From Octopus sinensis (lineage: Eukaryota): a stretch of 64,000 nucleotides of DNA. Below are positions 1-32,447 of this stretch, in pieces. A program made the translations under genes and the position numbers. Positions within the stretch are counted from its first letter, which is position 1; each line of letters begins with the position of its first letter. The notes below the pieces were generated by a model. It had not been told where the DNA came from and did not search any database. It worked only from the letters and a program-made list of their open reading frames with translations. The stretch is from contig NC_042997.1 in assembly GCF_006345805.1 (NCBI RefSeq), positions 137,764,001 through 137,828,000 on the forward strand. Direction: 5' to 3'.

Positions 1-233
1 ATATGTTATGGAGTTCAAAAGAACAAAACTGATTTAAACTTCACTACTTAATTATGATATTTATGATTATGATGACTAACTATGAAATCTTATGAAAATA
101 TGTTAAAGGAGAATAATATGTATTGCTCAACAGAATTTACTTATAACACATCCTTATTTGAAATTTTGGAAGAGACTGCACATATTTTTTTTGGGAGTCT
201 TGATAGCTCTTCTGGGTCCTTTTCTATTTCTAG

Positions 234-18553
<18,320 letters not shown>

Positions 18554-20360
18554 AAGCAGATTTTGCATCTGGCATGGCATTGTTTACAAAGTGAGTGAAT
18601 TTAGCTTTTGTATGTATTTTTTACTTTAAAATAATCATCCTCACCCACTTTTTTTTAAAATGTAAACAAAAGTTAATGCAGGTATACACTGAACTTAAAG
18701 AGTTTATTTTTACACCAATAGGACCTTGTGAATAATAAATTTAGAGCTCCAGAGAGATGCAGTGATGTGTTAAGAAGGACTGTACTTAATCATTTAGCCT
18801 GGGGCTAAGGAGAGAGATATTGAGAAAGATGTAATGATATCAATGTTATATAATCTAATCTCTGATGATATGAATGTAATTTACTAAAATGAAATATAGA
18901 ATTTATTCTTCTGTAATTTTTCAGTCAAAGTTACCACTTTAAAAAATTCACAGTTCTCTGTTCATCATTGACAGTGTAATCACATCTGTAGTATAATGTA
19001 TGACAGCTACTCTTTATTTAGTCCAACTGCTGTTTCAGTAGATCTTAACTCCCTCCCCATATGAAAAAAAGAGACATAGGTGTTTTGAGTCTAGTTTCAA
19101 ATATTCATTTATTCTTCTTAGTAAATTTTTAATTCCCTCTTTTATCTTTTATATTTATCCTTTTTCTTCTTGATTACTTAATGCTATTTGTTTTGGAGAT
19201 GTATTTGCCAGACAACTGATTTAATCTGAGACGATGTTTTGAAACTAAAATGATTGTAGTGCAGAAGACACATATTAACCATTCAAAAATGCACAAAGAG
19301 TGTTAACTTCACTCAAACATATGTTATTTTGTACACGATGCCAAAGTTTTCATTATGCAAACTGCAACCTGTTCTCTGACAGTGTACTCATGTCAATGAC
19401 ACAATTACACTGCAGTGTAATCTTGTCAATAACACCTCTGAAATTCCATTAGCTTCAACAAGGCTACTAAAATTCTGAAGAAAACTTTTACTGGTTGCCT
19501 GAAGAAGATAACAATTATGCAACAATTTCACTTATGTTATTAAATTAATATAATTAAATATTCCCCCATCCCTATGTACTTATTTGACATGCTCTTTTTT
19601 TTTCAGATTTTATTCTATGATTGTATTTATCTAACAAAGCAATAACAATGGATGTATTTAATGTTTATATTTCCTACAAAATTTTAATTTTATAGCTAGT
19701 TATTCCAAGCAAAATCTATGGTATGTATGGAATCATAAATGTTGTCCAGAAGGTATAGTCCAGCATTGATCTCAGATATTGTTGCAATGTAAAATTAGTG
19801 GTAATTCCATGTGTTGTTTGTTGTATTGTTGTTTATGCTTTCATTGAATTTATTTTTTGTGTTTCTTTTCCTCTCCTGCTTTTGTTGTATTGTTCCAAAG
19901 ATTATCATCTTACTCAAAATATTTGCTTTTCACTATTATTTTTTGCTTTAATATTTTTGTTCAATGTTTTTATCAATATTTTTTTAAAATGAAATTACAT
20001 TTAAATGTTGTTAACTTTTGTAGGTATTTTTTTACTTTGAAATAATCATCCTCACCCACTTTTTTTTTTAATGTAAACAAAAGTTAATGCAGGTATACAC
20101 TGAAATCAATAATAAGTGATTAACTTTATGATAATGATAGACTATATAATATTTGTGATCTACTGGTCACAAATATTTACTTCATTCAATAAAATCTTTT
20201 CATCATTTATGCTAATCACACTTTTGGAAAGGCATTATTATCATAACATTCAGTTAACCATCTACTTACTACAATTAATTTTGTCAAAGACACACCACTA
20301 AAGAATTCCTCTTTATACAGAGCATCTTAAACAAGTCAGTCTCACAGGGTTTATTCTTCT

Positions 20361-20575
20361 CTAACCCTTTAGTATTTGAACTGACAGTATCCAGCCCAAA
20401 TTTGTTTTATGTTCTAACTTGTCAGATCCTGCCTCTCACACCAACTCTATAATGTCACTCTAAAACCAAACAATCACTTCATTGAAATATCAACGCTATG
20501 GGATGATTAATTTAAAATGATGTGAATAAATAATCATTACAATTGAGAGAGTAATCTGTATGCCCAGGGACTAAG
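20361..20575. mobile_element. piggyBac-type MITE copy, more decayed
   Basis: taaccctttagtatt start and shared internal sequence. Confidence 0.55.
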
Positions 20576-22725
20576 GTGTATCCAGAGTAGAATATAAATT
20601 AACATTAGGAAGTTAACAAAGTACTCATCAATTAAACAATGGTATTTATTGCAGTAAACTTTTCTCAAATAATTCTAAATGAGATGGAATTAAAAGTAAA
20701 AGATGTGGTACTGTGAGATATTGATTCAATCCACTGCAGATACACTAATTTTCCAATTCATGCAATACTATGAGGGGATATGAACCATCAGCCTTTTGAT
20801 TAGTTGTAAACTATGAGCCAAAAGGTTGTGTTTGCATAAGCATAACATTTTTAAGGTGGTGTTATGCTTATGCAAAATGATTCTTGTTTGATTACGTGTA
20901 AGCTGCAGAAATGGCCAAAAGAATTATACTAAGTGTACAGCTTCATGTTTATGAGCTCAAATTTCACTTGAATAAACAATCTTTTTATCAGTTTGAGTTA
21001 AAATTAAATCAATTGTAGATTAGAGTTGATTTTATGGAGTTTAATCTTTATTACTCTTCCTTCTTCACCTAAACATATAAAATAACATTAAAAATTGCTC
21101 TTACAGCATATTATTTCACTCCTAATATAAAACCATCAGGAGAGATTATAGGCTAAATATACACTTGCTTTTTAATTTAACACTGTTTGCTTCATTATAA
21201 ATCTAGTTATAAATTTATAAAATCATTATAAATTTAATAATTTAATCATTATAAATGTAATTACATCACCACTTTTGACAATCCAATGTATTGTTGCATT
21301 TTTTAATAAACCCTCTGTTTTGGTCCTCTCCCCACACTTTTGGTGACAGGTATAGCTTTTTTTACACAATCTGTAAACTAACAAAAATTATCTAATAATG
21401 TACTTAAATTCAGTATGTAGCTAATGCTTTGTTTTCTACATAAGTATTCTAAGCAGAATTTGCTCTGAATATATCAATGGATTCTTTTCTCCTCTCTTAA
21501 CTGTTTAATATTGTATTTATATTTATATTTTCAAATGTTTTTTACATTAAGTTTAACTTATTCTGCAAATTTGTATATTGATGTTTTGTGGCCTATTGTT
21601 CTTTCTAATGGTAATTATTCCCTTTTATAATGGTTGATGATATTTGTTATTCCCCTCAGTAAACTTACATGACTACAAGTTTATAGACAAATTTGCTTCA
21701 GTTGTTTAGTCTTTACATGGTCATTCAACTTTCTAGAAACAAAACCAAATCTCTTTTAAGTTACACCCAGCTGTCATACACACACACAAAAAAAAAAAAA
21801 ACAGGACACATTAGCTACTGTATTCCTGTACATTTAAAAAAGAGAGAGTGATCATGATTGGCATGTTCAATAAAATAACCTGGAGTTGAACAGTAACAAC
21901 CCAATTACTGGTATTTAAATATCTACTTATTAACACTTAGTTGATAATTAAGCATTTCTGACAGACAGAACATAGTAATTCTAATCAAATTTCTCTATGT
22001 CTTCACTTTTCCCATCACCTACACTGTAACTTTCTTCCTTGTCCCTGCACTAAACACTTGGAACTAAATCTCTAGAATTATTCACTCACATCTTATTAAA
22101 CAAAAACCTATGCTAATTCAAATATTGCTTTAACCACATAGAATTGTGTAACAATCTCTTTATTCAATTCCTGATATCCTTTGTAATACATATGGTGCTT
22201 GGTTCATATTTTATAACAGATTAGCAAATATTTAACTTTTACTTTTGCATGTAAATTCTTACTGTTGTTTATTGTTGTTGCTGATGTCAGTGCATCAAAC
22301 AGTTTAATGGAATCCTACAAATGTTATGCTTTGCACTGATATATAGTAGTAATATTGTATTTTTCTGGCTGTAACAATGCAGTGCTTTGATTTGAATGGT
22401 GTGGTGTAGAAGTATAGTATTCTGAGTGAATTCAATAATGTATTTTACCAGCACCATATTAAAGGCACTCGTGCTGGTGCCACATTAAACACACTTGTGC
22501 TGATGCCACATAAAAGCATCCATGCCAATATCACCTAAAAAGCTCCCAGAATACTTTGTAAAGTGGTTGGCATTAGGAAGGGCATCCAGCTATGGAAACC
22601 ATGGCAAAACAGACAATTGGAGCCTGGGCAATTCCCTGGCTAGTCAGCTCCTGTCAAACCGTCAACCCATGCCAACATGGAGGATGGTCATTAAATGATG
22701 GTGAATCAAGTGAATATTAACCTGC

Positions 22726-22764
<39 letters not shown>

Positions 22765-23801
22765 TACAACCATTTAATATCTGTTTTTCATGCTGGCATG
22801 GGTTAGATCGTTTAACAAAAGCTGATGAGCAGGGAGGACTGTCAAGCTTCAGTGTTTTCCTTTGCTTGGTTTCTACTACCAGATGCCCTTAACTAATGCT
22901 AACCACTTCACAGAGTGTATTAGGTGCTTTTTACATGGCACTGGAACTAGTGATGTCACCAAGTAACTCACAAGATAAGATTCCACAGCTGTGGGGAGAT
23001 GGCTTTATGCTATGTGATGAGAAGACTGTTTGATTTGCTTGTGTTGTGAGTTGCCTTCCAGAAAAACCAAATCGTTCTTCATTGATGCTAATTTATGGTA
23101 TCAGCAACAACATTGACAAATAAAATCAACCTGAACACATATGAAATCTTTAATTACCATATATTATCAGTAGAAGATTATTTCGGATACATTATTAGCC
23201 CTATTCCTGGGTCTTACTTCACTAATTACATCATTATTTTCAAAATAATTTGAAGCCAAAGCAGATTATTTTAATAGAAATATTATATAAAAAGGGTTAA
23301 AGAAACTATTTAACAGTTATATTGAGCAGCAAGTATCTATCTCATCATCATCATCATTAAATGTCCTTGTTCCATGCTGGTATAGGTTGAACGGTTTGAC
23401 AGGAGATGATGTGTCCAATGAGTGCATTGTGCTTCAGTGTCTGCTTTGGCATAGTTTTTTACCACTGGATATTCTTCTTAATACCAACCACTTTACAGTG
23501 TGGATTTCACAGGGTGATTTTTTTGTGCTATGAGGGGATATGAACCATCAGCCTTTTGATTAGTTGTAGACTATTAACCAAAAGGTTGTGTTTGCATAAG
23601 CATAACATTTTTAAGGTGGTGCCATGTAGTTCACAGGACTATGAGCCCTAGTGTAGGTTGGGTGTCAGCTTCAGACTAGGGGACATGGGAATTATTTTGA
23701 GGGAGAAAGGGATGCAAAGCAGGTTCTTGCTGAGGGATATGCATGGCTACTCACATCTAGTATGGGGGCAAAAAATTATAGTGTATCATTTAGAAAAGGG
23801 A

Positions 23802-23804
<3 letters not shown>

Positions 23805-23855
<51 letters not shown>

Positions 23856-23865
23856 CTCTCTCTCT

Positions 23866-23898
<33 letters not shown>

Positions 23899-23925
23899 CT
23901 CTCTCCTCTCTCTCTCTCTCTCTGT
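23805..23925. repeat. (CT)n microsatellite with interruptions
   Basis: Visible directly in the sequence. Confidence 0.95.
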
Positions 23926-24243
23926 GGATGGTATGGCTATCAATGCACTATACTTTGTACCTGGGAAAGGTATTGGATGGGCACAGATGGAATGCCTTTC
24001 ACTATAAGTATGTTTAATCAAGAGTGACCTGGGACTAAACAACTAAAATAACTGCAAACAAACAAAGAAGCCTCTTTTTCATTAACCAAAATGCTAAAAG
24101 TTGAATCTTTAAAAAAAGGACACATTGGACAGTATAATCTATGAAATACAAACAGATAGGATGGTCATAGCTGTAACCCCTTTTATTGTGTATCCAATTA
24201 ATGCTAACCTGGAGCCAAACAACAACTAGAAGACCATCTACAT

Positions 24244-24551
24244 CAGGATTTCTCAACCATTCTTTATCTATGGACCTTTTTGGTTACTATTTTATTCCAA
24301 TGAACCCCCATAGCCATTTAGTGTTTAAAAACTAGCTTTATAGAAACTTCACTCAAAATTCCTATTTTGTTTTTCATACATTAATTTGCATAGGTTGAAC
24401 TATGTAAAATGTTAGAGAAAGAAACCTACTTATTTCTTGCAATATATGCCAATATATACATCGAAAGCAAAATTTTTTAGGGGTCCTTAAAATACTATTA
24501 TGGATTCCCAATTTACTATTTTGTTATATGGACCCCAGTTGAGAACCACTG
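24244..24551. mobile_element. hAT (Charlie-type) MITE
   Basis: Termini caggatttctcaacc and gttgagaaccactg; flanking 8-mers atctacat and ctctatat match at 6 of 8 positions and resemble the NTCTAGAN target preference. Confidence 0.7.
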
Positions 24552-25319
24552 CTCTATATGGTCAATTCACCTGCTATATATAACAATGAAATCTCAAACA
24601 AATTGCACTCTACCACTTTCAAAAATGAAGGATATATTATAGAATGTAGTCTTAGATGCATAAAAACAGATAGGCATGGTTGAAGGCTTTCATGATGGAC
24701 TTACACTCTCAAAGATGATGTGGAACTAAATAACTACTATGTTTTGAAACAACAAAGAATTCCCTACGTCTGTGATTCTTAACCTTTTCTCAGTAATTTA
24801 CTTACTCAATTTGATAGATTTCATCATCTATAAGCCTACATTCATTCAAAAATATACACTATAGAATTGCTATATCATCATCATTGTTTTAATATCTACT
24901 TTTCTATACTTGCATGTGTTTGATGGAGTTTATTGAGGCAGATTTCCTACGGCTTGATGACTGTCCTGTCGCTAATCTTTGCCTATTTCCAAGAAAGACA
25001 TTTCCCCATAGCTAGGCATGTTTCACAAACTATTGGAGATGATTGACATTTATTCACCACAATCACACAAACACATACACACACACACACACACAGAGTC
25101 AATAAGGATAATGATATGTGTGTGTTGAGGGTGGGACCAGGTATGGATAAGGAGTTTGTTATGTCATCATGTTTTCTTGGGTTCTATCTCACCATACAGT
25201 ACTTTGGGTAAAAATCTTCTACTGTTTTCTTGGGCTAACCAATGCCTTATAAATAAACTAGATGTAAACAGTATAGAAGGCTGTAATGTGTGTGTGTGTG
25301 TGTGTATGCGCGCGTATGT

Positions 25320-25365
<46 letters not shown>

Positions 25366-27309
25366 CGTCATTATTATCATCATCATCATCATTTAACGTC
25401 TGGTATGGGTTAGATGGTTTAACTGAAAACTGGTAAGTTGGGGAGCTGCACCAGGTTCCAATCTGATTTGGCATGGTTTCTATGGCTGAATGCCCTTCCT
25501 AATGTCAATCTCACCAAGAGTGTAGTGGGTGCTTTTTACATGCCACTGCTTGGATTTTTTAAATCCCTTTTTTTCTTTTATATATATATGATATATAAGA
25601 AGAAAACATGGATTAAAAAAACCCAGCAGATATCAATAAAGCACTCAGTTTCAAACAAATCTGGTTAATTATATCAAACAACCAGACATCAATAAAATGC
25701 ACATCAAAGGTAATTCCTCATGTATGTCATATATATTTAAATATCATTTAGAAGAATTTCGTGAGATTCAGAGTATTAGACAACAAAAATACAGATAGAG
25801 AAAATCGCATCTTTAATTGTTGAATCCACCATACAAAGCTGACAATCATTTCTTTTGTATCAACATATTTAGATACAGAAGATATCATTCAAATTAATAT
25901 ATCTGAAAATACATATTAACTCAACATTTTCAAGGTGATCCAAAATTAGTTAAATTCAAAGTGAACTAAGAAAATATTTTCAGTACATGAATGCATATAA
26001 AAAGAACATTAAGAAGAAATATAATCTAAGAAAAGCTATTTTTGTATTCAACTCTTGGCGACATCATTGGATAACGAAAAAATAAAGATGTGAATTTTAT
26101 GCTATGAAAGTTGGAAACGGAGATTCTATTTCATGACAATTATCTATTTATTGAATATAGAAAACTTTTTTAGAAAAATTATGCTTAAATAATATATAAA
26201 AAGCAATGATAATTAAGAACTGAAATATTTAAATACCTGAAATTTGTGACAATATTTCATTGTAAAATACCTATTAAAATTTGATAATATTAATTTAGAA
26301 GTAATTATATAATATATTTCTTCAAGGCAAAGATCACGTGTAGAATTACCAATATTGTACAACAGTAACTAATAATGGACCACTTTAACTCTTACTTCAT
26401 GTTCTTATCTTTAAAATCCCAAATGCATTTACTAAGATTTTTAGAATTACTTTTTCTTCTATACTTAAATGAATGAGAATGATTATGAAATCTAGATTTC
26501 CAAGTTGTAGCAAATGAACCTATGTGATAATACTTGTAATCCCCTGTTATTACCTTACATGACTGAGTAATTAGAGCATTGGGCTCACAACCATGAGGTA
26601 ATGAGTTTGATTCCTAGACTAGGCTGTGTGTTGTGTTCTTTAGTAAAACACTTTATTTCACATTGATCCAGTTCACTCATTTATAGAAATGAGTTGTGAC
26701 ATCACTGGTACCAAGCTGTATCGGCCTTTGCCTTTCCCTTGGACAACATCGCTGGTGTGGAGAGGGGAGTCTGATATGCATGGGTGACTGCTGGTCTTCC
26801 ATAAACAACCTTGCCTGAATTGGGACTTTGCTACTTTATGTATGTGGGTATACCTATAAATTTTTATATTTTGCATGAAAGCATTCAGTGATGTTTGTTA
26901 ACATTCCTTGTCAAAAAAAAATCATCCTTTAGCTTTGCATATTCTAAGACAAGTAGATTTTTAAAAAAAATTATTGGTTGAAAGCAGATAAGGGTTAACA
27001 ACAGGAAGGACATCCAACTGCAAAACAATGTCTCAATATTATGTATTCATCCAACACATGCTAGCATCAAAAATTGACTAATTTCTGGCTTTCTACCTAA
27101 ATTAGATACTGTTATAAAGAACAGGATCATTACAGTCTCAGACAAAATGCCTTGCAGTAGATTTCTAAGGCTCTTTTTGTTCAGTGTTCAAATCCTGATG
27201 ACATTATCCTTTCAGGGTCAATAAAATAAAGCTCTTGTTAAGTATTGGGGTCAATATGATTGACACCTTTGTGTTTAAATTAAATATTATTATTATAATT
27301 ATTATTTAT

Positions 27310-27512
27310 TAAAGCAGTGAGCTGGCAGAATCTTTAGCATGCGAGGCAAAATGCTTAGTCTGTCATTATGTTCAGAGTTAAAATTCCACCAAGACCAACT
27401 TTGCCTTTCATCTTTTCAGGGTTGACAAAATAAGTACCAGTTGAACATTGGGATTGATATAATTGACTTACACTACCATCAAAATTGCTGGCCTTGTGCC
27501 TAAATTTTAAAA

Positions 27513-27566
<54 letters not shown>

Positions 27567-28020
27567 GATGATGATGATGATGAAGATGGCAAGCTGGAAG
27601 AATTGTTATCATACTGGGCAAAATGTTCAGCAGCATTTCATCCAGCTTTATATTCTGAGTTTAAATTCTGCCAAACTCAACTTTCCTTGTACTTTTCAGG
27701 GTTGATTAAGTAAGTACTAGTTGAGCACTGGGGCCAATGTAATCAACTTATCCCCTTTCCACAAAATTTTAGGTCTTGTGCCTATAACAGAAAGGATTAT
27801 TATTATGAGAGTAGTGATCAGGCAGAAGTGTAAACATGCTGGACAAAATGTTTAGTGACATTTCATCCATCTTTACATTCTGAGTTCAAATTATGTCATG
27901 GTTGACTTTGCCTCTAATCCTTTTGGGGCCGATAGAATAAGTACTAGTCAAACACTGAAGTTGATGTAATTGACTAGTCCTCTCCCCTAAAAAATTCAGG
28001 CCTTGCATCAATAATAGAAA
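27310..28020 (+). mobile_element. Three head-to-tail SINE copies (family with gagctggcagaa head, gagttcaaat B-box-like motif and ATT/ATG tails)
   Basis: Related units at about 27310, 27585 and 27810, separated by (ATT)n/(ATG)n tails. Further family members at about 13807-13950, 15050-15320, 17330-17545, 52420-52620, 59255-59480 and 59705-59900. Confidence 0.75.
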
Positions 28021-29091
28021 CTATTGTTACTGTGCTATGAATACATGTTTCCATGTACCATGCTTTTTTTTTTTACAATCCTGTATTATTTACACCAAAC
28101 ACAATGGAACTGCTTCTAACTTAATATCATTTTTATTTTTCAGAAATCAGATTTCCTGTGCAGATGTCAAAATATTCATCAACTCCTTTTTCTCTCTTTA
28201 CATTTTTTTTCTTTTAAATCATACGATATCATTGTTTCTTTATTTTATTACTGAGAAAATTCCATTTTCTGTTTTAATATTGATTTTTCTAATTTTTTAA
28301 AAATCAAAAACTCTATTTTCTTCTGAAGTATTACATAATATTTTTCTTTTATTTCTATTTTGATGAAAATGCCACTTTTAAAAATTTATTTAATAATCTA
28401 ACATTATGTTTCTTGTATCATTAAGAATTATTGTGCAATTTCTTTTATTTCCTATGAATTTGTTCCAGACATAAGGCAACCCAATCTTTTTAAAGTTACA
28501 TACTTACTTTGTTGACCAAGTACTGTGTTTTGTTGTATGATGTAATACTTGCTTGCCTTGGGAAATAGCATTCTTATTATATTATATATGAAATTATGGT
28601 AAAATTTGAACAAATTATATAAATTAATGCATAACAGTATGTGACTGATATCTCTCTTGTAACTGTCTATCGGGTAACCCTTATGTCCCACTTTGTAACC
28701 ATCATGTTGCTATTGGGTAATTGTCTGTTATGTGTCTACCATGTACTGACCTGTCATAAAACTGTTTGTTATATCACCTGTCATATACATGTTTGTCATG
28801 TGACTAAGCTGTAAAGCTGGTGTTATGTCATTGTCATGTGACCACTTGTCATGTAATCGTGTGTCATGTGACTTATGCAATCATTTGTGATGTGACTTCC
28901 TCATCTACTCTACTTGTTCTATAGTGCTCTGTGTATCCCAGAATCTACAGGTAACTGTAGAATTACTATCGTGTGATTGTTTGGCATAAAACTCCTTGTC
29001 ATGAAGCAGTCAAAAGACTATCAATAATATCATTCTTTCCTCAAGTTAATGAAACCTTATCTATACACATTTCTTACTGTTAGAATTCTAA

Positions 29092-29140
<49 letters not shown>

Positions 29141-29143
<3 letters not shown>

Positions 29144-30655
29144 TTGGGGCTTCTTGGTTTTTAGCTATACTGTTTTAGTGCACCATTTGATATTGTCTCC
29201 AGAGCTCTGATGATCACAGGTAGAGTTGCTGTTCTTAGATGCCACATTTTTTAGACCTCTATTTCAAAGTTCTGTTTACTCACCTTTCAAATGTTTTTAC
29301 AGAAGTGTTGCTGTCTTCTGGGATTGGAATACCTATTAACAGACATGTTTTATCATTGTGATTTTTTTACCACAATGTTTGGTCTATTCGCCTGTATAGC
29401 ACAATCAGTTTGAATTCTAAAATCCCAAAGAATGGTGATGCCTTTATTTTCTACTAGTTTGGTAGGTTTATGTTCCCACCAGTTCTTCTCATCTGGGAGT
29501 CCAGACTTATGGCATATAATCCATTGCAAATACTGGCCAAATCTATCATTGTGTTTAATACATTCATTTGAGGCAAATATAAAACAGCGAGAGATAAGGT
29601 GGTCAATTGTTTCCCTGGCTGCACCACAAAAGTGGTAGGCAGGATCAGCACCATTTAAAAAATGCTTTCTTGGCAGTTTCAGGTGGGCATATATTGATCA
29701 TGTGCTGCAGTAATGAAGCCCTCTGTTTTTGATTTAAGTGCAGATGCAGTCAACCATTGATGGGTCATATTTGTATCTACATCAGGATCGCTGGCAATGG
29801 TTTACTTTTCCATGTATTCCACAGCACTGAGAGTCTATTTGATTTGGTTTGTGTTTTTGTCTGTTTTGCTACCACAGTGAGTTCTTCTGTCTCGTCTAGT
29901 TGCATCTCAGTCTCATTGATCTTGAATTCCTATATTTCTTTGCTTCTTCTCATATTGAATGCATATTTTGGAACTTTCATGTTTGCAAACAAGTTTAAGC
30001 ATCCAGTCATTGGTGTTCTTTAGATTGGCACCTAACACTATGGTTGCTGTCCTTAGAGACAGTTGTAGCTGCAGCAATTCATGCTCTTCATCTTTCATGG
30101 GGTGTATAGTCTATCTATATCTGCCTTTGGGTGATGCATGTGGTGGACTGTGATGAGATTGTGTATTTTTGTATCAATTTTACTGATTTCACTGATGGAC
30201 CATTTTATGATGTTAAAGCTGTAGGTCACCACTGATATACTTAAATTACTGATAGCATCAATCCTGTTTCTTGCATCAAGTTTGCTTTTTAAGATAGCTC
30301 TAACTCTACAATGATATTCTTTCCATATTTTTCCTCACATTTGTGAATGTTGGATGCCATCCCTTTTACATACAGCTAAATATTTGTAAATTGTTTTACT
30401 ACAGTTAAAAGTTATTCCAGTTGTTGATCATCTTTTGTGAAAAGCTTTAGATCATCCATGTAAAGGAGGTGATTGATTTGTATATTGTACACTCTGTACC
30501 CATGCTTTGTCTCATTCAACAGCTTAAGTAGGAGAATGAGAGCCATGCAAAAGTGTAGTGGTGATAAAGATTCGTCTTTAAAATGCCTCAATTTATGTTG
30601 ATGACACCAGTGTTCATAGTACCTGAATCTGAATTCAATATAGGAGTTGTTCTTC
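29141..30655 (-). mobile_element. Decayed R4/Dong-clade non-LTR retrotransposon (RT end, CCHC region, restriction-like endonuclease)
   Basis: INHLLYMDDLKLF (ORF 30412..30657); minus strand of 29740-29370 translates to LKSKTEGFITAAHDQ...ETIDHLISRC...HNDR..QYLQW...WWEHKP...ILWDFRIQTD..IQANRPNIVVK; flanked by (ATT)n on both sides. Confidence 0.85.
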
Positions 30656-30667
30656 ATTACTTCATAC

Positions 30668-30714
<47 letters not shown>

Positions 30715-32039
30715 TATTATTATTATTATTTATATATTGGTGTCATTCATAAAATTAACCTTGTACCTTAGAAAGCCAGTATTATTGTTGTTGTTATTAT
30801 TGTTGTTTATATTATTACTATTACCATCATAATTTATTTTGTCAATTTTCCTTCTAACAGGACTTCGATGACTACATTCCTAACTACCCCAATAAGTCAG
30901 CTTTGGTCAAAGCACAAGTGTCCACTGCCTGAACATCAAGACTATTCCAGCCTCAGCAGCTTCTCTTTATTATTTACCAGTTCTACTATATTTTACTGAT
31001 TTTTCTTCTTTTTTTTTTACTTGAGCCAAGAGCAAGATTTTTGGATTCTCATTGTGATTGCCATTAGTTTCAACCTTATTTGAAAATCCACTTTCATTGA
31101 GAAGCTTGTAAATTTGAATTTCTTTCCTTCTTTATTTGTGTATTTCATTATTATTACCATTTTATTTTATTCCATTTGGTTCAATTAAAGCTAATATGAG
31201 CTTTCACTTACTCAGAAAAAAAAAATTGAAAGAAATGTGAGAACTTTTGGTTATCGTAAAAATGTCCTTGTCTTTCATATTCTCTTTGAGTATTGTTGCT
31301 TCTGAAAAATGTATGTTAATTCTTGTTATTAAAACACACTGGATTCTATTGGAAAAGAAAAGACACTGGGATCTAGCTGGTAAAGATTTTGGTTTCTAGT
31401 TAAGTATTTTTAAATTCTAAATTCTTGTTAACAAAATATACTGGATTCTAATTAACAAAATATATGGGATGTTATACTGTTAATAGCTGATTTACAATGC
31501 TCAAAATAAAATACACCAACCTTTACTAATGACATAATATCTAGTTAATAAAACATGTTGGTGCTTTGTTGTAGAAACTCATGTTTGCTTGTTATTTAAA
31601 TACACTGTTTCTTTGTGATGAAACTAGTCTTGTTTTTATTGGTTAAATGATACCAGTTGTTAGTGGTTTGAACATCAACAGATCATAGTGGTCAAACTAC
31701 ATTAGTTTTTAAATGTCAGACCACCAATGTTCCTAATGTTCAAACCACAATAGTTCCTATTGGTCAAAGCATATCAGATCCTAATGGCCAAATCATAGCA
31801 GATATTGATAATCAAAACAAGTTTTTATTGGTTAAAATATTCTTGCTTCTCCTCGCCAAATTCTTAGTGGTCAACCACTTCAATTTCTCATGTTTAAATT
31901 TACCTGGTTCTTACTGGTTAAAGTTACTCCAGTTTCTAGATGTCAAGTTTTTCCAGCTCCTTAATATGTTAAAACTGTACAATTGTATCATTTGTTTTGT
32001 TTTGCATTTAATATTTTGCTTAAGCTCTGTTACTTTGTG

Positions 32040-32042
32040 TTA

Positions 32043-32102
<60 letters not shown>

Positions 32103-32205
32103 CATACATATACATATATATATACATATATACATACATTCATACACACATACACGTGCACACACACACACACACACACAACACACACACACACACACAC
32201 ACACT
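32040..32205. repeat. Compound (TA)n/(CA)n microsatellite
   Basis: Visible directly in the sequence. Confidence 0.95.
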
Positions 32206-32447
32206 TGTTCAATATTTTTTTCATGTTTTCGCTATCATTCCACTATTTTGGGGGATTGACTCAGTAATCTGGTAAAATCCTGTGATTATTGAAGAATATT
32301 GAAAATAAAATTTAACATCTTGATATCAGTTTTCCTTGTCATTACATTTTTAAAATTTTTATTTAAAGTAACTATGTGAATTGAGAGAGATAGAAAATAA
32401 TGGAAGGGACTGAGGTGGTGAAACAAAATACAAATCCATTTGAAGAG

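Noticed and set aside
26570-26680. tRNA-like B-box motifs at SINE heads
   Set aside because: There is no cloverleaf; these are decayed SINE heads, not tRNA genes.
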